Positions 49,501-60,998 of a DNA stretch of 64,000 nucleotides are shown in pieces. A program made the translations under genes and the position numbers. The DNA comes from Macrostomum lignano (taxonomy: Eukaryota): NCBI GenBank assembly GCA_002269645.1, contig NIVC01000663.1, forward strand, positions 104,113-168,112. The letters are read 5' to 3'. Under the pieces are notes generated by a model. It was not told where the DNA came from. It made no database searches and worked only from the letters and a program-made list of their open reading frames with translations. Numbering within the stretch: position 1 is the first letter of the stretch; the number at the start of each line of letters is the position of its first letter.

Positions 49501-50166
49501 AAATGCCAAGCGCTGCATCATGCAGAACGGACCGGACACTGTCAGCTGGGTTTGGCTTGAGTTCCCTGGAACCTTGGCCAGTGCCGCCTGGAAGCCGCCC
49601 AGACAGTTACCGTAATTTTTGTCATCCTTGGAGCTGGCCATGTAGGGGAAGAATTTCTGCAGCCAGATCGGCTCTGCGCTGGACGAACGCCAGTAGCCGC
49701 ACAGGCCCGGCGTGGCCGTCAAGTTGAACGCCGGACTAGCAAAGTTGTGCCCTGGCGCGCAGACAACAAACTGGCCGTCCGGCAGGCTGGCCAGGCTGGC
49801 GCCGAACAGCGAGAACTGGACGAAACTGTCGGAGTCGCCGACTGGTTGGCTGAACGGCAATCCGGAGCCGTCGCAGATGACGCGGCTAGTGTTGAAATCG
49901 GCGATGCTGACGGGGCAGAGGTGGGCGGTGCCGGAGGCCGACTTGGTGGCCGGATGGTAGCCAACCGGGTCTGTCACGAGTAGATGGAAGACGTTCGCTG
50001 ACTCTCCTTTGATGATGGCAACCCGGTAGCCGAACAAAGACCTCGCCGCTGAGCTGCTGCTGGTGCCGGGAGACGTCGGCGCCTTGCGAATGATGGCCGA
50101 CGAGGTGTGCAGAAACAGACCATCGGCTGGCTGCCAGAGCAGCAGCAATAGCAGCAACAAGCGCAT
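46555..50166 (-). CDS. Integrin alpha subunit B (1203 aa, single coding exon)
   Basis: Uninterrupted ORF: signal peptide MRLLLLLLLLWQPADG, FG-GAP-like blades (LFGYRVAI, LFGASLA, YLGYSLA, LGYSS...LLGAPF, GDVNYDDIEDFAVG, GFGWSLALAPDLDNN), RQRR furin site, TM helix, WYCNFFHR tail. Confidence 0.93.
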   Translation of the reverse strand: MRLLLLLLLLWQPADGLFLHTSSAIIRKAPTSPGTSSSSAARSLFGYRVAIIKGESANVFHLLVTDPVGYHPATKSASGTAHLCPVSIADFNTSRVICDGSGLPFSQPVGDSDSFVQFSLFGASLASLPDGQFVVCAPGHNFASPAFNLTATPGLCGYWRSSSAEPIWLQKFFPYMASSKDDKNYGNCLGGFQAALAKVPGNSSQTQLTVSGPFCMMQRLAFFVKNDSASLSVQSGVFDSKPTEVELNELKKNYLGYSLATDPDSGVVYATSPFFHEKSDTLLAWLRPGEVKAKSIEARMGQPFYDYLYRSFNYLGYSSAVISESLQTKRKAVLLGAPFHSDGLGAEGLDRGCIFVLTLETLGKPIDRVSSTPARYCGRERGGRLGTDVVGIGDVNYDDIEDFAVGCPGCGVNGTGAVYLFLGMPNYANPTAELQPFEIVNAADLSSLEPNITGFGWSLALAPDLDNNTVSELVVGAISSHHAVVLPGRLLLITAIDFHYVNATIDEVFKTDIMMHSFSSQLSRPIGATIRMHTKAGVDLSNYQFNLRVRPEELASTEQQRRFLIELIDCPSAVKPGADGWCELTRVPGKSADTIQFTLMFRLRPLPNNQRHSSPDGMLRDLVLLMHWRMTDRVIVTGSSSGFFPAVLQGRRVFPGYEDVFSVPLYKFKTGVCDPDFGFNCNPTGNIRLELLGKPSILLNSYQQLQVTLRIRKQSSYPYYGGMAIRLTPSDGVHVLDAVTLRTKTFGRGGNESVSEARYFSQHKEVLLTEPFPDPPDVLTRNGRGQIEVTLRLNFDGRRTAYRVGFRLLNLLGDIAGYQDFVTRDGELMNNWAELSITFNTSVSLRLLSATDESMIADARQSKSINEAKLMALSGATAASVVGPGLQQTFELLASTRPAAAIRGLSISIRVPLVTDRGHLLLYFPENALAWSHATEVGDSDRVSQYLPGLPFTSDDAEGFIGNQDRECQPLEPNMAVRLAKPPLTLLENQHEVNIFNSINSNELGDNSTFSETHGTRQRRSLEEASSTSPSSTNPTPTPAPQETDPTFDCDRPELAPVPFRCVTFICPVRDLGRDGVRTVDRVFLHLHARLWSPTYFRHHLSRFNIRSQIQLNLPPPELFAFRNVDVAGNSSILQTFLFLSIRPPIVDQIPWGYIILAIFLGIWLLLLLILLLWYCNFFHRKKPPQDYNSVPQKDANDDDFYR

Positions 50167-53100
50167 TTATTGAACTGTGAGCCGCTTGTTGTCTCGTTGT
50201 TCTGTCAGCGACAAGACGGCAGCATTTTGTGGCAAATGCGATTTGCGGACCGCCGGCTTTCGGGCCTACTTGTTCTCTATCGTCAATAATGACAACACTT
50301 CGTCCAAAACAGCTCTTCCTTCTGTGCTTCAAAATATGTATAACTATTATGACGCCGGACAGCCAATAGGGGGAAAGCACAGGGGTGCCTGTGCGGCAGG
50401 CCAGACAGGAGTAAAGGGAAGAGAAAGAGAGAGAAGAGACGTTGTTGAACTGCAGGCCAGTGGGAATATGGAAACTGTTTGAGTGTAGGAAGGACTGAAG
50501 GGAGGGTGGGACTGCAAGTGCAGGTTTAGCAGTGGTTGGACGCGGGGACCCAAGCCTTCTCATGGAACTCGCATGGAACAGTGCCTATCCACACTCTCTC
50601 ATCGCACGGCGTTCAGCTGTGAACCGAAAGTACAGGGAAAGGGCGGAGTGGTGGGGTGTGAGTGTCAGAGAGACGGGCAGAGAGGGCGGGAAAGAAAAAG
50701 AGAAAGGAAGCCTGGCGAGGGGGTTGGAGGCGCCGCCCCAACACCACTGAAGCGGGATCCGAGCGGCATCTTAGGGGGAGCAGTGAATGGGGGGCGAAGT
50801 TATGTACGAATGGTTTGGAAAGAGGGTTGGGAATAAAGAGATCAAAGTATATGGAAAAGTGGCCTAGATTCCCAACCGTGGGTAGAGAGCTTACAATATT
50901 TTACTACAGTATTATCCAGCGCATTATAATATTACTTGTCTGGGGCAAAATATAAAGAGATAAAAAGCAATATTGGCAGAGATTCATTGCTGGCTTGTTG
51001 CTTGCAGCTTGTCTTGACTTTTGACTGTTGATCCCCGAATTCGCGATCAATTCCCAAAGAATTCCTACTAAACTGTTATTGCGTACGCGCAAACAGGGAA
51101 GAAAAGAAGGGTTTGCCGACCGTGTCCCCGGTTGACCTTCGTTTCCTATCCTTCTCAGAGTCTTTCCCACTACTGCCTTCCTCACCCGCTGTTAATAATT
51201 TTGTGCACACTTCTCATGCTCAGTGTCTGGCCACGTCTGCATGTCTGAGTAAAATATACAATAAGCGCAAGAACCAACCAGGCCAGCCAAGGCAACCAAT
51301 TAATAACACGAAAAGCAAGCAAGAGAAGCAAGAAAAAAGCCAAAAAGGTTTTGCTGGGCTTTAGTTTTTTTCTCTTCTCGATGGTATCAGGTCAGTCTTG
51401 CAGGCAAAAAAAAACTTGATGAAGATGCACGCTTGTTTTAAGAAGGCCCACGCTGAGGCCTGTTGAATCGAAATAACTGCTGCATGCACTGGCAGGTGTG
51501 TGTTTGTCTCAACTCTACTTATCTCTCTCTCTCTCTCGGAATGTTTTTTTAACTCAAAAGCAGAGGACAAAAAATAAAAGCAGAAAAAGATGCAAAAAGT
51601 AAGCAAAACAGTTCCAAATGAGTTACTGCTGAGAAACTGTTTTTTTACAATTCAGCTGAGACTGAGAGAACTCAGTCGAAAGAGCTCTCCCGGGCAAGGC
51701 TCTTAAGGTGTTTAAGACTTCGCTATTTTAAGTGTGAGCGAACTGCATTGAGTGAAAGCAGCAAAATTTGCTGGGCAACAAATCTACGAGAGTTATAGAC
51801 TGTATTGACATTTTTCCGTCTTGCTTCTGCAATGAGTTTACTAATAGTATATATACTATAGCATAGAATAGTTCCTGCATGTACGAGCAGAGCGAAAGCT
51901 AGCATAACTCTATAGTTGAGAAAGCAAAACAGAAATTATATTGCATATTTAAATAGTCGCTTTTAGTCTGCATACTCTTGCATGTTGCCTCGAATACTGG
52001 TGCCGGCAGTGCAGGTTGCTTTTTAGGTTTGGGTTGCACGGAGACGCAATCTATAGGGACTGTTTTCTCTCTTTTTTTAAATCAGCAACTCTCCAGTGAC
52101 TGTCAGCATCAGCTTCTGCTTCTACTCGTAGCTTCGTTCTGCTCTGCACACTTTTGCTGAGATGTGGAAAGCAATTTTTTAAGCCGAGCCAATCGATTTG
52201 GCGTTGCAGTCTGCGCATTTATCGACAAATCGACATGTCCGTGTAATTTGGAGGATTTCACAGCTCTGGGAAAATATTATCACTAACGATTTATAGCAAA
52301 ATGGCTAGCCTTTCTAGCCCATTATTCAGTACAGATTTCATGGTTGTCTGCACTCTGCAGCGGGTCAAAAAAAATCAAATCGCGCAGATTTTACGAAAAA
52401 AACACGCTAGACATTTTCGATTGACTACGCGTGCAGGGGAATGCCATTGCCTCACACTTGTGGGGTGCTCCTGTCATTGCTGCATGCTAGAGAGGAATGA
52501 CGCTCGTGTAAAGTCCGTAAGAACACTGGGGACCGATCGTTGATCAGACTACATGTACACTAAATTAAAAACAAAAAATAGACTCATTCCTATGTACGTT
52601 CACCCAACTTAATTGTAAGTCTTATCAGTCAATCGACCCCTTTACGAGGTGGTTCCTGATTGGGCAAGTCTTTCCACCTTTCTTTGCTGCCTAGCGCATG
52701 TACATTTAGCCTTTTCTAGCATGTACATTCAATCCACAACCTTCCCTAATCGTATGTACACTCCGCCTGTGTGTAAATTCAGCCCCTACCGTTCCACAAA
52801 GATCTATCAACCCGCCTCCCCAATTTCTCTTAACCACAGAGGACAAATAATTCTCATTCGGATGACGAAAGAGAATTTTTCTGCCTTTAAAATGCATCTT
52901 GGCATTCCAGAGAAATTTCATATTCAAAGCTAGCTTAGTGGTAGGGAGGAACGTGAAAAAGTACGACTAGTTTCTCTGCTACCAATTTTTTCTGGCCAAC
53001 CAGATTTGCAAAAACGTCCGCGTAACGCGTTGGTTGCTACCAGAACTTCGTCCAGGCTTTGGCCTCCCTTTCTATCCCTGTTGACCATTGTACTTTTACG

Positions 53101-54059
53101 TTACGTCCAAGAGTCCTTAGACTAGAACTAGCGACGGCATTGCAGGCACTTTGTCTGATGAGAGACGCAACTAATCTGCGACCGCGTTTTAACAAGTGTC
53201 CAGGTAAGCCAGCTAATATAAAGTGCACAGTGTACTTAAAAAAAGCTGCATTTGAAGCAAAATGTCAACGGCGCCATTACTCTCGTATATGCCGCTTCTA
53301 CACAATCTATTCGAGAATTAAGAGCAATTTTTTCTTCGAAATGTAAGCTGAAAATCTCAAGGCTGGCACTGAGACTGACAGATATTAGGCATGGATAGCT
53401 ACGAAAAAGCAGAAAACTGTGGATGCTGCTGCATGGATTGCGGTAGATCCATCTATTTATGCTCTATACCCACCCATATTCAACCTCAGTACCTTCAGCC
53501 AGGGGCATCATAAAAGTTATTATTCAATCTATACAATGGTCGGGGTGGGGCTAAATTGTATATTTAATAGTTGGGTAGGTATGGAAATGAGCTGCAAGCC
53601 TAACGGCCACGAAGAGAAGCCGTTACAGTTCCTGAATTTCAGGCAATTCTAAACGATGGGCAAAGGCAGTTCAGTTAACTGGCGCAGGCAGTTTTATTAT
53701 GCGTAATAAATTATCTCGCACAAACCCAAGAGCTGTGTGAATTAATTCACAAAGGATCCGATCTGTTCAGTCACACCCGGGCTTGTGCGACATAACGCAT
53801 AGTCTATCATCATTCTCTCACACACACAAAACAGGCAGAACTGTCTTTGAATTAGCCATATGTACGAGCATACATATTGTATGCATTGTATTGTAGGGTT
53901 ACTGTTAATTAATTATTTATCAGAATGGACCCGGGTGAAGCAGACTGCGAAAATGGGCGAAGTTAGGTGGATCAGATATAGCTAGTAAAAAGACCACTCT
54001 GATCAGTTCCGCGGGTGGGGCTCTTGGCAGGACGTAGTCAGGGGGGCAAGGAGGGCCAC

Positions 54060-54440
54060 CTCCATTTCCAGCAGGCTTGGTGCACCCTCCCTTTCCAGCA
54101 GGCTTGGTGCCCCCCCCCCTTTCCAGCAGGCTTGGTGCCCCTCCCCTTTCCAGCAGGCTTGGTGCCCCCCCCCCTTTCCAGCAGGCTTGGTGCCCCCTTT
54201 CCAGCAGGCTTGGTGCCCCCCCTTTCCAGCAGGCTTGGTGCGCCCCTTCCAGCAGGCTTGGTGCGCCCCCTTCCAGCAGGCTTGGTGCCCCCCCCCTTTC
54301 CAGCAGGCTTGGTGCCCCCCCCTTTCCAGCAGGCTTGGTGCCCCCCCTTTCCAGCAGGCTTGGTGCCCCCCTTTCTAGCAGGCTTGGTGCCCCCCCTTTC
54401 TAGCAGGCTTGGTGCCCCCCCCCCTTTCTAGCAGGCTTGG
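54060..54440. repeat. Minisatellite (Cn-TTTCCAGCAGGCTTGGTG) with variable poly-C
   Basis: About 15 units of 22-28 bp. Confidence 0.93.
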
Positions 54441-55739
54441 TGCTCTACCCCTTGCCAGACTGCTACTGCTTGCTAGCTATAGAATATGAGTAATAGTACT
54501 CTGACTGCGAGCTAGCTGGCCAGTGTATTAAGAGATTGATCGACCAGACAGACGGTGGGAGGATGGAGAGAGGAGAAAGGGCAATGACTGGATGGGAAAA
54601 CATCCTCAGTAAACTTGATCGATTAGCTCTCAAGCCGCAGTGTTCTGTCTGTCTGTGATCTGGTCCGCTTCAATTATTCTGTTTTTTTTCGCATTTCCTA
54701 GAAATCGAAGCAATCTGGCCTAAAAGCTAAAGCAGAGCTCAGTGGGCAGCTGCCCAAATCCCGTGACTGGCCTAGGAAAGTCGAGGCCGTTGTACACCCT
54801 GCGAGAGCACCCTCCTCGCTGGCTGCTAGAGCATTGCAGTTCGCTCTACCCATGCTGAATATTGGATGATGAAGAAGAGAGGAAAGCATGTCTGATCACG
54901 ATCCAGTTTCATCTGCCATAACTATGCAAATCCCATGTGAGAATATTACGCAGCTGTTATTTTTTCAACAGGACTCTCTCATTAGCGACGTACGGAGGCC
55001 TCATTAGCAGAAAGAGCTTTTTAATGGTCGCAAGAGAGTATGCAGATGAGAATGACGGACATGACTGACATGCGTCAGGGGGTCATTAATGTCTTGTAAG
55101 CTCTATCTATAGTTCTGCTCCCTCTGTGACTGACAGCAGTGCAACAAGATGCCAGGGCCAAAAATTATGAATATCATATTTCAAATTCATATTTACGAGC
55201 TCTGAAATATAAAATCTGTTGAATTTGTTACGCGTAGGAATAAGCTGGTATCGGCCTTGATTCTGGATATGATGAAGCTACTTGTTTGCTGTCACTCACT
55301 GTACAGTATATAGCCTGACTCGATAAAATTTATGATTATAGATTTTTGAGTAACGCGACATATCGGCTTAAGCCTCAGGCTTAAGAGGTTAGCCTTAATT
55401 CTGACTTACTGATAAAATATGAGCAAATATTTATTGCCAGCTGGCGAGTTGGTGAAAGATTGACAGCGCTATACCGGTATACTGCAGAGGGCAAAGCAAA
55501 CTGTTACCTGATGATTAAATCTAAATAGTAGTGCGATTATTGGCTTAGCTTGGCGGCTGATCAAATACTCGTATGTACCTAATATTGAATGATTATTATC
55601 AAAAAGAATTATAAAGAAGCGTGAGGAGATTGGACTGAAGAGGAAAAAGGGGAAAGAGAGAGAATAAAAAGGACAGCGAGAAAAGATGAAATAAATAAAG
55701 GATGTCTGAAGGGAAACTAAGGATGAATAGAAAGGATAA

Positions 55740-56755
55740 AGAAGGGAGGGATGGAAGGGAGAGATAAAGGGAGTAATAGAAGGGAGAGATGAAGGGAGTA
55801 ATGGAAGGGAGAGATGAAGGGAGTAATAGAAGGGAGAGATGAAGGGAGTAATAGAAGGGAGAGATGAAGGGAGTAATAGAAGGGAGAGATGAAGGGAGTA
55901 ATGGAAGGGAGAGATGAAGGGAGGAATGAAGGGAGGAATGAAGGGAGGAATGATGGGAGGAATGAAGGGAGGGATAAAGGGAGGATGAAGGGAGGAATGA
56001 TGGGAGGGATGAAGGGAGGAATGACGGGAGGAATGAAGGGAGGGATAAAGGGAGGATGAAGGGAGGAATGAAGGGAAGGATGAAGGGAGGAATGAAGAGA
56101 GGAATAAAGGGAGGATGAAGGGAGGAATGAAGGGAAGGATGAAGGGAGGAATGAAGAGAGGAATAAAGGAGGATGAAGGGAGGAATGAAGGGAAGGATGA
56201 AGGGAGGAATGAAGGGAGGGATAAAGGGAGGATGAAGGGAGGGATGAAGGAGGAATGAAGGGAGGAATGAAGGGAGGAATGAAGGGAGGGATAAAGGGAG
56301 GATGAAGGGAGGGATGAAGGGAGGAATGAAGGGAGGATGAAGGGAGGAATGAAGGGAGGGATAAAGGGAGGATGAAGGGAGGGATGAAGGGAGGAATGAA
56401 GGGAGGGATGAAGGGAGGAATGAAGGGAGGGATAAAGGGAGGATGAAGGGAGGGATGAAGGGAGGAATGAAGGGAGGGATGAAGGGAGGAATGAAGGGAG
56501 GGATGAAGGGAGGAATGAAGGGAGGGATGAAGGGAGGAATGAAGGGAGGGATAAAGGGAGGATGAAGGGAGGGATGAAGGGAGGAATGAAGGGAGGGATG
56601 AAGGGAGGAATGAAGGGAGGGATGAAGGGAGGAATGAAGGGAGGGATAAAGGGAGGATGAAGGGAGGGATGAAGGGAGGAATGAAGGGAGGGATGAAGGG
56701 AGGAATGAAGGGAGGAATGAAGGAGGAATGAAGGGAGGGATGAAGGGAGGAATGA
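55740..56755. repeat. Polypurine 12-bp-based repeat (GAAGGGAGGAAT / GAAGGGAGGGAT)n
   Basis: About 1 kb of near-pure purine strand; source of the spurious Pro/Ser/Phe-rich minus-strand ORFs. Confidence 0.95.
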
Positions 56756-57489
56756 AGATAAAACATACGAGCTCGTAGAAAAGGAAAGTAAAAGGTGGAA
56801 AAGAGAAGGTGATACGAGGCAACTAAGGAATACAATTACGACTGTATGAAGAGAGAGAACGTGAGCTGACAGACAGTTGTCCGTTGAACGCCTGAACAGA
56901 CAGTATACGGGTAAGCGTCTCAAGTTAATTGAATAGCCAAAAGACTCATTCATTGGTTGAAAGTATGCAATAGAAAGAAAGCAGTGCAGGGCCCGCCTGC
57001 TTGCTGTTTGACGAGCTGAATTATCTGTTATTACTATGGAAAGTGAAGGAGTGAAGGAATTCGACACAAGTTATAAGCATGAATTACGCATATAGTTACT
57101 GGCAGCCCTGGCAGCCACTTGATTTGGTCGTTCAAGACAAATCGGGGAGAAAAAATCGCGGTTAGAAAATCCTAGGAGAGGAAGAGATCCGCATCGCCAT
57201 GACTATATAAGCTTTTCTTTGCTATCTAAGTTTCTAAATGCCGAAATTGCTTCTGCAGTTCCTTGCCCCTGGATCGGCCTACAGAAGTTAAAAGTACCCA
57301 CCGATCGCCAGGATGGAAGCGGGAGAGAGAGGATAAAGATAGAACACTGGAAGCTGATGGAGTGCCCACACTTCTCTTCCCACTGTTGTAACCGGGCGCT
57401 TTATAGCAAACTTGTCAAGCATTCGCTGATGCGAGTGCTGCAATTCGCTGCTGACCTTGCTTGCTGGCTAAAGGAGAATCAGACTGAAG

Positions 57490-59590
57490 CTCGGGCTAGC
57501 AGTGGACAGGGAGTTGCTACTGAAGAGGCTAGCAGTGGACAGGGAGTTGCTACTGAAGAGGCTAGCAGTGGACAGGGAGCTGCTACTGAAGAGGCTAGCA
57601 GTGGACAGGGAGTTGCTACTGAAGAGGCTAGCAGTGGACAGGGAGCTGCTACTGAAGAGGCTAGCAGTGGACAGGGAGCTGCTACTGAAGAGGCTAGCAG
57701 TGGACAGGGAGCTGCTACTGAAGAGGCTAGCAGTGGACAGGGAGCTGCTACTGAAGAGGCTGGCAGTGGACAGGGAGTTGCTACTGAAGAGGCTAGCAGT
57801 GGACAGGGAGCTGCTACTGAAGAGGCTAGCAGTGGACAGGGAGTTGCTACTGAAGAGGCTAGCAGTGGACAGGGAGCTGCTACTGAAGAGGCTAGCAGTG
57901 GACAGGGAGTTGCTACTGAAGAGGCTAGCAGTGGACAGGGAGTTGCTACTGAAGAGGCTAGCAGTGGACAGGGAGCTGCTACTGAAGAGGCTAGCAGTGG
58001 ACAGGGAGTTGCTACTGAAGAGGCTAGCAGTGGACAGGGAGCTGCTACTGAAGAGGCTAGGAGTGGACAGGGAGCTGCTACTGAAGAGGCTAGCAGTGGA
58101 CAGGGAGTTGCTACTGAAGAGGCTAGCAGTGGACAGGGAGCTGCTACTGAAGAGGCTAGCAGTGGACAGGCAGTTGCTACTGAAGAGGCTAGCAGTGGAC
58201 AGGGAGTTGCTACTGAAGAGGCTAGCAGTGGACAGGGAGTTGCCACTGAAGAGGCTAGCAGTGGACAGGGAGCTGCTACTGAAGAGGCTGGCAGTGAACA
58301 GGGAGTTGCCACATTAAAGAGGCTGGCAGTGGACAGGGAGTTGCTACTGAAGAGGCTAGCAGTGGACAGGGAGCTGCTACTGAAGAGGCTAGCAGTGGAC
58401 AGGGAGCTGCTACTGAAGAGGCTGGCAGTGGACAGGGAGCTGCTACTGAAGAGGCTAGCAGTGGACAGGGAGCTGCTACTGAAGAGGCTGGCAGTGGACA
58501 GGGAGTTGCTACTGAAGAGGCTAGCTGTGGACAGGGAGTTGCTACTGAAGAGGCTAGCAGTGGACAGGGAGTTGCCACTGAAGAGGCTAGCAGTGGACAG
58601 GGAGTTGCTACTGAAGAGGCTAGCAGTGGACAGGGAGTTGCTACTGAAGAGGCTAGCAGTGGACAGGGAGTTGCTACTGAAGAGGCTAGCAGTGGACAGG
58701 GAGTTGCTACTGAAGAGGCTAGCAGTGGACAGGGAGTTGCTACTGAAGAGGCTAGCAGTGGACAGGGAGCTGCTACTGAAGAGGCTAGCAGTGGACAGGG
58801 AGCTGCTATACTGAAGAGGCTAGCAGTGGACAGGGAGTTGCTACTGAAGAGGCTAGCAGTGAACAGGGAGTTGCTACTGAAGAGGCTGGCAGTGGACAGG
58901 GAGCTGCTATATAAAGAGGCTAGCAGTGGACAGGGAGTTGCTACACTGAAGAGGCTGGCAGTGGACAGGGAGCTGCTATATTAAAGAGGCTGGCAGTGGA
59001 CAGGGAGTTGCTATATTAAAGAGGCTGGCAGTGGACAGGGAGTTGCCATATTAAAGAGGCTGGCAGTGGACAGGGAGTTGCTATATTAAAGAGGCTGGCA
59101 GTGGACAGGGAGTTGCCATATTAAAGAGGCTAGCAGTGGACAGGGAGTTGCTACTGAAGAGGCTAGCAGTGGACAGGGAGTTGCTACTGAAGACGTTAGC
59201 AGTGGACAGGGAGCTGCTATACTGAAGAGGCTAGCGTGGACAGGGAGTTGCTACTGAAGAGGCTAGCAGTGGACAGGGAGTTGGTAATGAAGAGGCTAGC
59301 AGTGGACAGGGAGTTGCTATACTGAAGAGGCTAGCAGTGGACAGGCAGTTGCTACTGAAGAGGCTAGCAGTGGACAGGGAGCTGCTATACTGAAGAGGCT
59401 AGCAGTGGACAGGCAGTTGCTACTGAAGAGGCTAGCAGTGGACAGGGAGCTGCTATACTGAAGAGGCTAGCAGTGGACAGGGAGTTGCTATACTGAAGAG
59501 GCTAGCAGTGGACAGGGAGTTGCTATACTGAAGAGGCTAGCAGTGGACAGGAAGTTGCTACTGAAGAGGCTAGCAGTGGACAGGGAGTTG
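57490..59590. repeat. 33-bp minisatellite (GCTAGCAGTGGACAGGGAGTTGCTACTGAAGAG)n
   Basis: About 63 units; the distal third carries 2-bp insertions. Confidence 0.96.
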
Positions 59591-60759
59591 GCAATCCAAT
59601 ACAGCGCTGAATCCTCTCAAAGCAGCTCATAGCATTAGAAAGGTCGTGACCTCAGCCACACGCTTCGCAAAGTTTATGCCAGAAGTTGTAAGAATAGAAT
59701 TCCACTCAACTTTTTTGCACTGCACTAGTATGCAGTGAGAAGCTGACGTACCAATTAAGTCTGTTTGCCGTGAAATAATAATTCCAAACCATACAGTTTT
59801 GTCTGCATTATTTAATTAATTGGTCGCAATGTGCACACGTGTAATGACAATGTGGTGGGCTGGAATGCACAGGGTGAAAGTTGAGCTAGAGAGAAAGCCT
59901 ATAGCCCACTGACGACACCTCAAAGCTAATATAATACTTGAAATTCGCAGTAATTTTAGAGCATCAACCCATTCCGGAGACCTGATCCACAGGCTCACAG
60001 CTCGCATAAAAGACAGACAATACTCGTATTGATAAACCGAGTTTCACCAGTTTGCTAGCACTGTTACACTGTTCATAAATAATGCACCAGTAACTGCGGT
60101 GTAGCGGCTCAGAGATCCGATTTCAAATATAAACATGCAACAGGTAATTAGCATAATGTTAATTGTTGCAGTGCCAGCAGTGGAAGCTAGATTAGTGGAA
60201 GCAAGATTATGCTTGATCAGTCCTCACTAGAATGATTACAGAAATTTCGAGGAACGAGAAAGTGTCTGAAGAATTGCACACACATTGAAGAAACAAAGAA
60301 TTGGTTGTTGCTGATGCCACTAGTGCTTCGCAAAGTTTACGCTTGTTAAGTAAGATAAGGTGAAAACGAGGCTGCACAAGCCTAACGAGCGAGAATACGA
60401 GCTAAACATTTCTAAGAAATAAACACAGCTAGCGCACTGCGCAGTTTGAAGCATTGAATTTTATTTGATCAGCAGGCAGGGTTTGTATTTTCTAACATAT
60501 TCTTAGCGCCCTACTTGTAGTAGGGTTGTAAATAAACTTTTTGTATTTTCGTAAATACCGATTTCTAGTTTTAACAGCTATTTTTTTATGGAATATTGCA
60601 GCGAATATAAAAAATGAACATAAGAAATCATATCGGGATTTTTTTAGAAATATGGTATTATTTACGAGGCTCAATACATTAAAGGGTCTTAAAGATTGCA
60701 GACATCGGAGTGCTAGATCAGCAATCGCTTTTTTCATTATCTTAACAGCGTAGATAAGC

Positions 60760-60995
60760 AATCCATTATAATAATTATCCCAAAAGACTAGACTAGCAAT
60801 CCATTATAATAATTATCCCAAAAGACTAGACTAGCAATCCATTTTATTATTATCCCAATAGACTAGACTATCAATCCATTATAGTAATTATCCCAATAGA
60901 CTAGACTATCAATCCATTATAGTAATTATCCCAATAGGATAGACTAGCAATCCATTAGATTAATTATCTCAATAGGCTAGACTAGCAATCCATCA
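60760..60995. repeat. ~40-bp tandem repeat (GCAATCCATTATAATAATTATCCCAAAAGACTAGACTA)
   Basis: About 6 units. Confidence 0.85.
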
Positions 60996-60998
60996 AGC

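Noticed and set aside
55469-57067. Three 370-530-aa Pro/Ser/Phe-rich minus-strand ORFs
   Set aside because: A polypyrimidine strand cannot form stop codons; these are repeat artefacts.
57219-58814. 531-aa ORF with EEASSGQGVAT repeats and overlapping ORFs
   Set aside because: Produced by a stop-free 33-bp minisatellite that is open in several frames on both strands; no flanking gene structure.
57490-59590. Tandem hammerhead motifs (CTGAAGA in every unit)
   Set aside because: No GAAA box or stem II follows the CUGANGA-like sequence.
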